The notes below the pieces were generated by a model, which saw only the letters and a list, made by a program, of their open reading frames with translations, was not told the DNA's origin and made no database searches. A stretch of 62,053 nt of DNA from a virus (Duplodnaviria > Caudoviricetes). Shown here piece after piece: positions 36,895 to 46,475 of this stretch; position 1 is the stretch's first letter, and each line of letters opens with the position of its first letter. The DNA is taken from positions 1 to 62,053 of the IMG/VR virus record IMGVR_UViG_3300023174_000173; one strand, 5' to 3'. A program made the position numbers and the translations under genes.

Positions 36895-37637
36895 TGGATA
36901 AAGAATACAAACCAAAAATTATTGTTGCAACCCCGATGTATGGTGGCATGTGTACAGGTGAATACACTAGATCAATGATGCACGTTCCAGTACAGCTAAC
37001 GAGTAATGGTGTTAGCGTGGCGTTTCAATTTGTTATGAACAACAGCCTTATTCAATCGGCGCGTAATCAATTAGCCGACATCTTTATGAAAGACGAAGAG
37101 GCAACGCACTTAATGTTCATTGATGCCGATATTGGATTTGAAGCTAAAGATATTCTGTACATGTTAGGTGCTAACGTAGACATCATTGCAGGGGTGTACC
37201 CACGTAAAAAGATCGCATGGAATAAAGTTAAAGACGCAGTAGAGCAAGGCATACCAGAGGATCGACTAGAAGAATTTACAGGAGACATGGTAGTCCACAT
37301 GTTGAACGATACGATCCAACAAGAAGTAAAAGCAACCGAACCGTTTGAAGTAAAGGCAGTAGGTACAGGGTTTGTATTAATCAAGCGTAGTGTATTCGAG
37401 CGAATACAAAATACTGTAGGTACGTATTTAGATGACAACCTAGACCCAGTGTATGAATACTTTCAGGTAATAAAACACCCACAAACAAATAGGCAAATGT
37501 CAGAGGATTATTCTTTTTGTTATTTTTGTAGTGAAGCGGGTATCAAAATTCACATTGCGCCGTGGGTTGCATTAACACATACAGGTACATATAGATTTAG
37601 TGGGTCTCCTATTCGCATATACAAGGATGCAAAATGA
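36894..37637 (+). CDS. GT-A fold glycosyltransferase-like protein
   Basis: IIVATPMYGG, ARN, THLMFIDADI (DxD), GTGFVLIKR, SEDYSFC. Confidence 0.75.
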   Translation: MDKEYKPKIIVATPMYGGMCTGEYTRSMMHVPVQLTSNGVSVAFQFVMNNSLIQSARNQLADIFMKDEEATHLMFIDADIGFEAKDILYMLGANVDIIAGVYPRKKIAWNKVKDAVEQGIPEDRLEEFTGDMVVHMLNDTIQQEVKATEPFEVKAVGTGFVLIKRSVFERIQNTVGTYLDDNLDPVYEYFQVIKHPQTNRQMSEDYSFCYFCSEAGIKIHIAPWVALTHTGTYRFSGSPIRIYKDAK

Positions 37638-38212
37638 AATTCACACAAGATTGGTTTACTCGCAACATCAACAACTTCTATGCAGTAAAAAACGAACTTA
37701 AAAAGGTTGAAATTATTCTTGAGATAGGTTGTTTTGAAGGTAGAGCTACGTGTTGGATGTTAGAAAATATGTTAGACGAAGGCGGGGTAATCCAAGTCAT
37801 TGACACATTTGATGGTGGTGAAGAACACGAAGGTTTAAATTTGTCTGAACTACGACAGACGTTTGAAGATAATGTAGAGGAAGTCCGAAAGGATAAACAA
37901 GAAATACGCATTATTCAAGATACATCCTACCAAGGATTAGCTAAGTTGATTGATGATGGTTGGAGTGGAGACTTTGATTTTATTTACATTGACGGTAGCC
38001 ACACAACCCCTGACGTTTTAACTGACGCATGTATGGCGTTTAATTTGTTGCGCCCAGAGGGCATCATGTTGTTTGACGATTATCTATGGGCAGGGATTCC
38101 TGATTTATTGCACCGCCCCAAAACCGCTATCGATTTGTTTACTCTAGCGTTTGCCGAAAAGTGCACCGTTCGCATGGCGGGATATCAACTAGCAATACAA
38201 AAACACGTATAG
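37634..38212 (+). CDS. Class I SAM methyltransferase (Methyltransf_24-like)
   Basis: LEIGCFEG, IDTF, FDFIYIDGSH, FDDY.W. Confidence 0.85.
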   Translation: MKFTQDWFTRNINNFYAVKNELKKVEIILEIGCFEGRATCWMLENMLDEGGVIQVIDTFDGGEEHEGLNLSELRQTFEDNVEEVRKDKQEIRIIQDTSYQGLAKLIDDGWSGDFDFIYIDGSHTTPDVLTDACMAFNLLRPEGIMLFDDYLWAGIPDLLHRPKTAIDLFTLAFAEKCTVRMAGYQLAIQKHV

Positions 38213-38224
38213 GAGAACAAATAA

Positions 38225-38406
38225 TGGACTATGAAAAATTAGAGTTAGCGTACAACCGACTGTCCATGCTGCACACAGAAACAATGTGTGAGTTGGTAGC
38301 TACACAAAGACGTATGAATGAAATGTCAAAGTCGTGGTGGAAGATGTTGGTGTTCCGCATCAAGGTCAAGCTCGGTTTGATAGACATATACGGAGAGTGG
38401 AAATGA
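38225..38406 (+). CDS. Hypothetical protein (approximate start at MDYEKL)
   Basis: SD AGGAG. Confidence 0.5.
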
Positions 38407-38657
38407 CCAGAGAAGAAATTATCCGCATGGCGCGTGAAGCTGGCGCTTATACGCCTGAACGCTATCCAGAGGAATTTAGGATGGACGATGAAGACCTTAA
38501 AAGCTTTGCAGCTTTAATCGCAGCAGCAGAGCGCAAAGCGTGCATCAAACTAATAGAAGACTTCTCAAAGACTACGTTGGTTCCTGTTAGAGATACATGG
38601 GTTATGGGTTTGATTGCGGGGGCTAACGCACTACGCACAAGGGGCAGGGATGACTGA
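38403..38657 (+). CDS. Hypothetical protein, MTREEIIRMAREAG family
   Basis: FAALIAAAERKAC motif; paralog follows. Confidence 0.6.
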   Translation: MTREEIIRMAREAGAYTPERYPEEFRMDDEDLKSFAALIAAAERKACIKLIEDFSKTTLVPVRDTWVMGLIAGANALRTRGRDD

Positions 38658-38895
38658 AGAAGAAATTGTGCGCCTAGCAGAAGAATCAGAGCTGTGGGCG
38701 CATAAAGATAGAGAATACGCAGCTATTGAAAGATTTGCCAACCTAGTCGCAGCAGCAGAGCGCAAAGATTGTGCCGACATAGCAGAGTATTGGTGTTGTA
38801 ACGGCATGCCAAGGACAACGTTGGCAGATCAAATCCGAGCAAGGGGACTACACAACATGAACAAACAAGCCGAACAAAACGGGGAGGATTTGTGA
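38650..38895 (+). CDS. Paralog of the preceding gene
   Basis: MTEEEIVRLAEES...FANLVAAAERKDC. Confidence 0.6.
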   Translation: MTEEEIVRLAEESELWAHKDREYAAIERFANLVAAAERKDCADIAEYWCCNGMPRTTLADQIRARGLHNMNKQAEQNGEDL

Positions 38896-39116
38896 GCGAC
38901 ACAGACATACATAGTTGCGGGTACTACTGCGACCGACACGCTTGCATTAAAGCGCAGCGCAACCAATTAAGAGATAAGTTGTATGAAATCTACGAGGTGT
39001 GGGCTGGCAGTGAAGGAATACCGATCCCCGAAACAGCCGCAGAAGCGTATCTAGTACGACTTGTTGAGCAGATGCGTGACATTTCAAAAGATGGATTAAA
39101 GGAGAAGAACACATGA
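38892..39116 (+). CDS. Hypothetical protein
   Basis: HSCGYYCDRHAC; IYEVWAGSEG; ends LKEKNT. Confidence 0.6.
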   Translation: MSDTDIHSCGYYCDRHACIKAQRNQLRDKLYEIYEVWAGSEGIPIPETAAEAYLVRLVEQMRDISKDGLKEKNT

Positions 39117-39496
39117 TAGATCAAATTACGCAAATAATGTCCGGCATAAAAGAACTTGAGCTTGAACTTCACCGCTTGAAGAACGCATTAGAAATGATGA
39201 ATCGTGCGTATGAAGCAGCGTACCAAAAAGGCTATAGCGATGCGATGGGTTGGAAGACGCAGAACCATCTTGAACATCTACCACCAACACCCTGCAAAAC
39301 TTGCGAAGCATTAGCAAGAACAGTAATGATGGATCAAACATCGCACGACATAAGGAAAGAATGGGTAGGGCTGACCCTTGAAGAGGTTATGGAAATCACC
39401 GGGGTCAAACCCACCGACTCTGATTGGAATGTAACCATTGCGCATAAATGGATTCGCGCCATTGAAGATAAATTAAAGGAGAAAAATTATGGATGA
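39113..39496 (+). CDS. Mosaic hypothetical protein
   Basis: EWVGLT...AIEDKLKEKN. Confidence 0.6.
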   Translation: MIDQITQIMSGIKELELELHRLKNALEMMNRAYEAAYQKGYSDAMGWKTQNHLEHLPPTPCKTCEALARTVMMDQTSHDIRKEWVGLTLEEVMEITGVKPTDSDWNVTIAHKWIRAIEDKLKEKNYG

Positions 39497-39689
39497 ATTT
39501 AGAGTGAGAAGAATATCAATATCAGATTGGGTGAACGGCGAGTGGGTTGAGACTTTTAAGATTGAAACAACAACACAGCAACAAACAATACGTGATGTAG
39601 CGTCTGTATGCTTAGGGTTTGGAACAGAAAGAGAAAGAGGTTTAAGTGAGTTGTTGAAAGAGAAGGTAAAGGAAAACAACAATGGATAA
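39489..39689 (+). CDS. Hypothetical protein
   Basis: Coupled; SD AAGGAG. Confidence 0.5.
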   Translation: MDEFRVRRISISDWVNGEWVETFKIETTTQQQTIRDVASVCLGFGTERERGLSELLKEKVKENNNG

Positions 39690-39921
39690 AGAATACACAG
39701 CAGGGGAAGCTAAGGCATGGCTGAACGGCTATGACGAGGGGAAGAAAATCCGCACGTCCGAAAGGATTATACAAACTTCGGACACAGAACCAACAGAATC
39801 CCCACGAGCGTGGGTAGGGCTGACGGATGATGAGCGAGATGAAATACGAGAGCAAGCGCATTATGAGTTTGACGACATTTCTAATGCGATTGAAGTCAAG
39901 CTAAAGGAGAAGAACAAATGA
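39682..39921 (+). CDS. Mosaic hypothetical protein
   Basis: WVGLTDDE...AIEVKLKEKN. Confidence 0.6.
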   Translation: MDKEYTAGEAKAWLNGYDEGKKIRTSERIIQTSDTEPTESPRAWVGLTDDERDEIREQAHYEFDDISNAIEVKLKEKNK

Positions 39922-40121
39922 TGTGCCGGCACAAAAAATTGTACTACGTTAGATGCAGGTGGATAGATTTCCCTGACGGTGGTGGAAGAAACTACATAGC
40001 AACGCCGTCGCTTACCCGAGCTATACGTATGAATAAGAAACTCAAACTTGGTGTACGACAGATTGATGTACGAGAGCGTGGGAATAAATACCCTTACGTG
40101 TTAAACAATAGTTGGTTATAA
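39918..40121 (+). CDS. Basic hypothetical protein
   Basis: Coupled; SD AAGGAG. Confidence 0.5.
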   Translation: MMCRHKKLYYVRCRWIDFPDGGGRNYIATPSLTRAIRMNKKLKLGVRQIDVRERGNKYPYVLNNSWL

Positions 40122-40124
40122 AAA

Positions 40125-40361
40125 ATGCCTAAGCCAAAGAAGTTTGATTTTGATTGGGAAGCGGTTATCAACGGTAACCGGATAGGTGTGCATCAAGTAA
40201 TAGAGAGCATACGCAAGGGCGAGGTGGATGAGGTGGAACTCGAGAAGCTACAAAATTTTGTTCAGTTTGCGCTTGCGCTAATGCAGTTATGTGGGCCACA
40301 GAAATGGGCACAGGCAAAACTAAATGCCGAGTTGATGAACTACTTAAAAGACACACCATGA
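40125..40361 (+). CDS. Hypothetical protein
   Basis: In operon, coupled downstream. Confidence 0.55.
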   Translation: MPKPKKFDFDWEAVINGNRIGVHQVIESIRKGEVDEVELEKLQNFVQFALALMQLCGPQKWAQAKLNAELMNYLKDTP

Positions 40362-40579
40362 AAACAATCATACATGTCAACCAACATAAAATACGCTCAA
40401 ACATAAACAGCGAGCAGAAAGAACCTGTGCTAACCGTCAAGACCTACAAGTCCAACGACTACGCGCATGAAGTATCTATCAAGGGCGACAGTAAGATTGT
40501 GTACTCACCTGACAAACCGTTGTCGTGTGGCGCTAGGGTGTGGATTGAAACCGAAGGCATAGTGGAGATCATTAGGTAA
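40358..40579 (+). CDS. Conserved phage protein
   Basis: MKTIIHVNQH...PLSCGARVWIET. Confidence 0.7.
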   Translation: MKTIIHVNQHKIRSNINSEQKEPVLTVKTYKSNDYAHEVSIKGDSKIVYSPDKPLSCGARVWIETEGIVEIIR

Positions 40580-40678
40580 TGGAAACGTTTGAATTTATTA
40601 CTGTATTAGGGGGCTTACTAATGGGAGTTGGATTATCCGTTGGAAGCATTGGAGTTATATTTTATTTGTGGAGTAGAG

Positions 40679-40903
40679 ATGAGTAGAGATTTAGCGACAA
40701 AAGAAACTAAGTTATTCACGTACCTAAAAAAGAAATTTGCACTGGGAAACAGTTTAGCGTTAGCTAGATTCCTTGGGGTCAGCCCAGCATTGTTAAGTAA
40801 GATTCGGCATGGAACAAAACCTTATTCGGGCGACTTCATACTGACGGTGTACGACAAGACAGGTATGTCTATCGAAGAGATACGTAAACTTATAAAGGCA
40901 TGA
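40679..40903 (+). CDS. XRE-type HTH protein
   Basis: LARFLGVSPALLSKIRHG; start at MSRDL. Confidence 0.7.
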   Translation: MSRDLATKETKLFTYLKKKFALGNSLALARFLGVSPALLSKIRHGTKPYSGDFILTVYDKTGMSIEEIRKLIKA

Positions 40904-40904
40904 C

Positions 40905-41222
40905 ATGGCTAGCACTCCTGAAAAGAAAGTCAAAGATAAGGTTCGTAAAATACTGTCTGAAGTTAATGCTTACGTAGTTACCCCCGCAACTCACGGCTAC
41001 GGTACATCAGGGGTGCCAGACCTATTAGTGTGTTATCACGGCAGGTTCTTAGGTATCGAATGTAAGGCGGGGAGCAACCAACCTACAGCACTACAGATTA
41101 GAAATTTATCTCAGATCGCTACCGCAGGAGGCTACACCCTTGTCATTAATGAAGACAACATAGATGATGTAGAAGCTGTACTAGCGCGTATAGACAGAGA
41201 CCGAGGTTATGCCAAGGGCTAA
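40905..41222 (+). CDS. VRR-NUC nuclease (Holliday junction resolvase-like)
   Basis: TPE, GVPDL, IECK, PTALQ. Confidence 0.85.
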   Translation: MASTPEKKVKDKVRKILSEVNAYVVTPATHGYGTSGVPDLLVCYHGRFLGIECKAGSNQPTALQIRNLSQIATAGGYTLVINEDNIDDVEAVLARIDRDRGYAKG

Positions 41223-41451
41223 GAATGTCAACACGCTAACTGGGCGCAAGCTGGATGTGGAAGATCTACTGAGAAGAAATTATGCGTTGTCAGTGCCGCA
41301 GTTATGTAAGCGAATGAAGTTAAGCCCACGCAGCATCAGAAGATATTTGCAAGAGTTGGCGAAAGACCGGAAGGTGTACAAGCATTACGTACTACCTAAA
41401 CGTGGGGCGAAGAAACCAATTTATTACTACTCACTATCGAGGATAAAATGA
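41209..41451 (+). CDS. Winged-HTH protein
   Basis: SVPQLC..MKLSPRSIRRYLQEL. Confidence 0.7.
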   Translation: MPRAKNVNTLTGRKLDVEDLLRRNYALSVPQLCKRMKLSPRSIRRYLQELAKDRKVYKHYVLPKRGAKKPIYYYSLSRIK

Positions 41452-41909
41452 ACGCTATTGAAGCACTCATACAAAGGATGGATCAGGCACCAAAAGAGTT
41501 TGTTGATAACCTAACATGGAGAGATACTAGGTGGGAAGATGTGACCGACATAATGGTTGCCGAGGCCAACCCCACTATGAAACCACGAGTGTTCACTCAA
41601 GAAGAAGTTGATGCGTACATGGACAAGTTGTCTGCTATAACACGCAAGAACGTGGAAGAACATGTATGTGTGGAATTATTAAACCCGTTGCGTACTGATA
41701 GCATTCCCGCAGGGTATCAGCGTGCAGGTAGTCAATTAGATTTGTTTGGGCATGTAGACCCTAGAGCCGGTGTAGTTAGCGGCTCACTACTAACCATGAA
41801 CCAAATACAGAATGACGCAATGAAAATACTGCAAGACGAGATAGATAAAAGCATGCATAAAGCGCACATGGATCAACACATTGCGTTACAGGAAAAACTA
41901 TTTAAATGA
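41448..41909 (+). CDS. Hypothetical protein
   Basis: Coupled on both sides. Confidence 0.6.
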   Translation: MNAIEALIQRMDQAPKEFVDNLTWRDTRWEDVTDIMVAEANPTMKPRVFTQEEVDAYMDKLSAITRKNVEEHVCVELLNPLRTDSIPAGYQRAGSQLDLFGHVDPRAGVVSGSLLTMNQIQNDAMKILQDEIDKSMHKAHMDQHIALQEKLFK

Positions 41910-43729
41910 AAATAATCACAGTCGATTTTGAAACTTACTACGGTAAGACACTTGGATTTAAAACACATACAACCGAAGAGTACGTACGTCACCCAGACTT
42001 TGAAGTGATAGGCGTAGGGATAAAGAAAGGGAAAGATGAAACGGAATGGTTCAGCGGGACTCACAAAGAGATACAGGCATTCTTCAAAGAATTCGACTGG
42101 GCAAACTCCTACGTCCTCGCACACAACACCGCGTTTGATGGGGCAATACTCTCATGGCTTTTCGGGGTTACGCCAAAAGGTTGGTTGGACACTCTTTCGA
42201 TGGCACGTGCTCTTCACGGAGTGGATGCGGGGGGTAGCCTCGCGGTGCTGGCTACTAGGTACGAAATTGGTAAGAAGGGTGATGAAGTAGTTAATGCGTT
42301 AGACAAACGCCGGAAAGACTTTACGCCTGAAGAACTTGCTAGGTATGGTGAGTACTGTAAGAACGACGTAGAGCTATGCTACGAGTTGTTTGATATTTTT
42401 ATGCAAGACTTTCCTGTACCAGAACTTAAGGTTATAGACGCTACGCTAAAGATGTTTGTAGAACCCATCCTTGAGTTGGATTTACCGTTGTTGGAGCAGC
42501 ACCTAGAAGATGTTAAGGAGCGCAAAGAAAAGTTGTTAGCCGCTGCCGCAGCCAATGTAGATGACTTGATGTCGAATGATAGGTTCGCTGAGTTGTTAAA
42601 AGGAGTAGGTGTTGTGCCGCCTATTAAGTTCAGTGCCCGTACAGGTAAAAAAGCATGGGCGTTTGCCAAAACTGACGAGAAGTTCAAAGATTTAATGGAA
42701 CATCCCGATCCAAGGGTGCAAGCACTAGTCTCAGCTAGGCTAGGCAACAAAACTACGCTTGAAGAAACGCGAACGCAACGGTTCATTGATATCGCTAAAC
42801 GTGGAGCCATGCCGGTGCCGTTGAAGTATTACGCTGCTCACACTGGGCGTTGGGGTGGGGATGACAAGATTAACCTACAGAACTTACCAAGCCGTGGGCA
42901 GAACGCAGGTAAATTAAAAAAGGCGATACGTGCACCTGAAGGGTACGTGCTTATTGATGCTGACTCTGCGCAGATTGAGGCGCGGACTTTGGCGTGGCTG
43001 GCTGAACAAAACGATTTAGTGGAGGCATTTAAGAATGGCGAAGATGTGTATAAAAAGATGGCCTCTGCCATTTATTCCAAAGCGGAGAATGACGTTACTA
43101 AAGAAGAGAGGTTTGTTGGGAAGACTACCATCCTTGGTGCCGGTTATGGCATGGGCGCACAGAAGTTTCAAGATCAGCTCAAAACGTTCGGTACGGAAAT
43201 TTCACTTGGAGAAGCCCAGCGGATTGTTTCGGTTTACCGCGAGACGTACCCTGCTATTCCAAAACTTTGGACGGCATCGTCGAAGGCGTTAGATCGAATC
43301 TTTGCAAACAAGCCATACGCTTTAGGTAGAAAGGGTGTTATCGAAGTAGATATAGATAACTTTGGCTTTATACTTCCGAACGGATTGCCTTTACGGTATG
43401 ATGGGTTTGCTAAGATAAAGCAAAACAGTAGGGATCAGTACGTCTACAAGACTCGCAAAGGCGTAATTAAAATCTACGGTGGCAAAGTGGTAGAGAATCT
43501 TTGTCAGGCTTTAGCAAGGTGCGTCATAGCGGAGCAGATGTTGAAAATCAGTAAGCGATATAAAGTCGTACTTACTGTGCATGATGCCGTGGCCTGTATT
43601 GCCAAGAAGGAAGAAGCCGAAGAAGCACGAGCCTATGTGGAAACATGTATGCGGTGGACTCCAGACTGGGCAGAGGGCTTACCATTGAATTGCGAATCAG
43701 GAATGGCGGAGAGTTACGGTGACTGTTAA
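41906..43729 (+). CDS. polA: Family A DNA polymerase with 3'-5' exonuclease
   Basis: DFET, HN..FD, YC.ND exonuclease motifs; TGRW, NLQNLP, ADSAQIEAR, R..GKTTILG.GYGMG, VHD. Confidence 0.95.
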   Translation: MKIITVDFETYYGKTLGFKTHTTEEYVRHPDFEVIGVGIKKGKDETEWFSGTHKEIQAFFKEFDWANSYVLAHNTAFDGAILSWLFGVTPKGWLDTLSMARALHGVDAGGSLAVLATRYEIGKKGDEVVNALDKRRKDFTPEELARYGEYCKNDVELCYELFDIFMQDFPVPELKVIDATLKMFVEPILELDLPLLEQHLEDVKERKEKLLAAAAANVDDLMSNDRFAELLKGVGVVPPIKFSARTGKKAWAFAKTDEKFKDLMEHPDPRVQALVSARLGNKTTLEETRTQRFIDIAKRGAMPVPLKYYAAHTGRWGGDDKINLQNLPSRGQNAGKLKKAIRAPEGYVLIDADSAQIEARTLAWLAEQNDLVEAFKNGEDVYKKMASAIYSKAENDVTKEERFVGKTTILGAGYGMGAQKFQDQLKTFGTEISLGEAQRIVSVYRETYPAIPKLWTASSKALDRIFANKPYALGRKGVIEVDIDNFGFILPNGLPLRYDGFAKIKQNSRDQYVYKTRKGVIKIYGGKVVENLCQALARCVIAEQMLKISKRYKVVLTVHDAVACIAKKEEAEEARAYVETCMRWTPDWAEGLPLNCESGMAESYGDC

Positions 43730-44387
43730 ATACACATGGTCTTACAGCGGTATCAATTTGTTTAAGCAGTGTCCGCAAAAATACTATCGGTTGAAGATAG
43801 TAAAGGACATAGTAGAACCCCCGCAGGAGCACTTGCTATATGGCACTGCGGTACACTTAGCCGCTGAAGAATATGTGAGGGATGGCAAGCCAATCCCAGA
43901 GAAGTATGGGTTTATTAAAGAGCAACTGGATAAGCTAATAGCAATAGAAGGCGATAAGTATTGCGAATACGAGATGGGGCTGACACGGGAGTTTGAGCCG
44001 TGCGGCTTCAACGATAAAGAAGCATGGTGGCGGGGTATTGCAGACTTAATTATAGTTAATGGGGATAGGGCATTCCTTATTGATTACAAAACAAGCAAGT
44101 CTGCAAAGTACGCCGATACTGGGCAACTAGAGTTACTGTCGTTAGCAATATTTAAACACTTTCCAGAAGTTAAAAAGATCAAAGCTGGGCTATTGTTTAT
44201 GGTGTCTAAAGAGTTCATTAAGGCAGAGTATTCGACCGATGACAGTAAAGGATGGGTGAAGTGGTTGCAACAGACCCATAGATTAGAATCTGCTATGCTT
44301 ACCAATGTGTGGAACGCTATTCCGAACTTCACTTGCAAGAACTTTTGCCCTGTTTTAGATTGTCTGCACAACGGTAAAACTAAATAA
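43719..44387 (+). CDS. PD-(D/E)xK Cas4/RecB-like exonuclease
   Basis: SYS..CP, GTAVH, GIADL, DYKT, QL, C..C....C. Confidence 0.85.
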   Translation: MTVKYTWSYSGINLFKQCPQKYYRLKIVKDIVEPPQEHLLYGTAVHLAAEEYVRDGKPIPEKYGFIKEQLDKLIAIEGDKYCEYEMGLTREFEPCGFNDKEAWWRGIADLIIVNGDRAFLIDYKTSKSAKYADTGQLELLSLAIFKHFPEVKKIKAGLLFMVSKEFIKAEYSTDDSKGWVKWLQQTHRLESAMLTNVWNAIPNFTCKNFCPVLDCLHNGKTK

Positions 44388-44401
44388 CGCAGAGAATTAC
44401 T

Positions 44402-44653
44402 ATGCCCTATACGAAGAGTCCTAGACCGTGGAAACACGAATATGAGATGGAAAAGAAACGTAAGGAACATCCTGACCGGATGGAACGCCAACGTGCTCGC
44501 CGTGCTTTAGACAAGAAGGGTGTAGATCGTACGGGTAAAGATGTATCCCATGTGAAGGCTCTTGCTAAAGGCGGCAGCAACAAAGATGGGTATTATCTAG
44601 AAGCACCTTCGAAGAACCGCGCACGTAACGGGCACAAGAAGGGCGAGAAGTAA
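44402..44653 (+). CDS. Minimal HNH-like protein
   Basis: DVSH.K.L.KGGSN...NRARN. Confidence 0.7.
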   Translation: MPYTKSPRPWKHEYEMEKKRKEHPDRMERQRARRALDKKGVDRTGKDVSHVKALAKGGSNKDGYYLEAPSKNRARNGHKKGEK

Positions 44654-44657
44654 CAAG

Positions 44658-44852
44658 AAGGCTGGGGACTGGAAACGGTTTAGCTCCGTTTCAATTTGTT
44701 GCTCCTCCTGTTGATAACACACGCTGCTTTATGCGAACAGTCTCCAGCCTTGTTGGTACTTGTTATAGATATGTGTGAAGCGGAGATGATTTACCCATTT
44801 GGCTGATGGGTACCAACAACCTTTTGGTTAAAGTGAAAACCTCACTTTAGCC
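44658..44852 (+). ncRNA. Structured intergenic RNA candidate (cloverleaf plus two hairpins)
   Basis: 14-bp stem 44658-44671/44738-44751 enclosing three hairpins; stems 44750-44759/44810-44819 and 44826-44852. Confidence 0.55.
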
Positions 44853-44872
44853 TGTTTTGCCTTGGGGAATAG

Positions 44873-46420
44873 ATGGAAATCATAGAAGATAAAGCTCTGC
44901 TACTAAAAGTACGCGAGCCAACACGCATCACAGAAGTTATACCAAAAAGCAAAATACTTGAAGATGGTAGGGTGCTAGTCAAGTGGGGGCTAGAAGAATC
45001 ACAAGTATTAAAAAACCTACGTATTAAAAACGTTCCTTCTCCGATAGTTGCACACTATGATTGGCCCGGTCTTTATAGACCTTTTGATCATCAAAAAGAA
45101 ACCGCCGCATTCTTAACACTTAATAGAAGAGCGTTTTGTTTTAACGAGCAGGGTACAGGCAAGACGGGTAGTGTGATATGGGCGGCTGACTATCTCATGA
45201 AGTTGGGAATCATCAAGCGAGTTCTTATCCTGTGTCCTCTATCCATCATGCAGTCGGCGTGGCAAAACGATTTATTTAAATTTGCAATACATCGCACCTG
45301 TGTTGTAGCCCACAGTCATTCCAGAGACAAGCGTATTGATGCCGTACAGAGTGACGCTGAGTTTGTTATATGCAACTACGAAGGGCTATCAATTATTAAA
45401 GAGGCGGTGGTACAAGAAGATTTTGACCTTATCGTTATTGACGAAGCGAACGCTTATAAATCTGTTTCCACACAACGTTGGAAAGTTCTGAACTCCGTAA
45501 TAAAGCCGAGCACTTGGGTATGGATGTTAACGGGCACACCTTCATCGCAGTCACCAACAGATGCGTATGGTCTAGCTAGAATCGTTAACCCTACAGGGGT
45601 ACCTAAGTTCTTTGGATCGTTCCGTGATCTTGTAATGCAGAAGATTACAACTTTTAAGTGGGTACCTAGACCGCGCTCTGAAGACGTAGTACATCAGGTG
45701 CTACAACCTGCAATACGATTTACTAAGAAAGAATGTCTCGACCTACCAGATATAACGTACGTCACGAGGCAGATACCGCTTACACCGCAACAGATGAAAT
45801 ACTACGAACACTTACGTAAGCACATGGTAGCAGTAGCAGCGGGTGAAGAAATTACAACGGTCAACGCAGCAGCAAACTTAAATAAATTACTACAGCTTTC
45901 ATGTGGTGCGGTCTACTCCGATAGTGGAGAGACGATTGCTTTTGATTCCTCTAACCGAATGGAAGCATTGAAAGAAGTTATTGATGAAGCGAGCCACAAG
46001 GTGATTGTGTTCGTGCCGTATAAACATAGCATCAACATAATTACCGAAGAGTTAAAGAAGTCTGGTTACTCTTGTGCAATTATTAACGGAGAAGTGCCCG
46101 CAAGAAGACGTACGGAAATATTTGATAAATTCCAAACAGAAGATAATCCACGAGTGTTAATAATCCAACCACAAGCTGCGTCCCACGGAGTAACATTAAC
46201 CGCTGCAAATGTAGTAGTCTATTGGTCTCCTGTGATGTCTGTAGAAACGTATCTACAATGTAACGCACGTCCGCACCGCGCAGGTCAACGCAACCCCGTC
46301 ACCATAGTGCATCTGCAAGGCTCCCCTGTAGAGAAACGTATGTACGCAATGCTTGAAGCGAAGATTGATATTCATTCGCGTGTCGTAGATTTATATAAAA
46401 ATTTATTAGAAGAAGATTGA
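44873..46420 (+). CDS. SNF2-family SF2 helicase
   Basis: QGTGKT, DEAN, LTGTP, HGVTLT, Q...R.HR.GQ. Confidence 0.9.
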   Translation: MEIIEDKALLLKVREPTRITEVIPKSKILEDGRVLVKWGLEESQVLKNLRIKNVPSPIVAHYDWPGLYRPFDHQKETAAFLTLNRRAFCFNEQGTGKTGSVIWAADYLMKLGIIKRVLILCPLSIMQSAWQNDLFKFAIHRTCVVAHSHSRDKRIDAVQSDAEFVICNYEGLSIIKEAVVQEDFDLIVIDEANAYKSVSTQRWKVLNSVIKPSTWVWMLTGTPSSQSPTDAYGLARIVNPTGVPKFFGSFRDLVMQKITTFKWVPRPRSEDVVHQVLQPAIRFTKKECLDLPDITYVTRQIPLTPQQMKYYEHLRKHMVAVAAGEEITTVNAAANLNKLLQLSCGAVYSDSGETIAFDSSNRMEALKEVIDEASHKVIVFVPYKHSINIITEELKKSGYSCAIINGEVPARRRTEIFDKFQTEDNPRVLIIQPQAASHGVTLTAANVVVYWSPVMSVETYLQCNARPHRAGQRNPVTIVHLQGSPVEKRMYAMLEAKIDIHSRVVDLYKNLLEED

Positions 46421-46445
46421 CAGTGTATAATTATAAGTATAGAGT
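46417..46445 (+). promoter_or_regulatory. Sigma70-type promoter
   Basis: TTGACA-17-TAGAGT; first 14 nt identical to the 31118 promoter; GTAGTACTAC palindrome before RBS CTTGGAGAA. Confidence 0.65.
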
Positions 46446-46475
46446 GAAGTTGTAGTACTACTTGGAGAACATAAA

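Noticed and set aside
44658-44751. tRNA gene
   Set aside because: No T-loop GTTCRA or D-loop consensus, and arm lengths are wrong; kept as a generic ncRNA candidate
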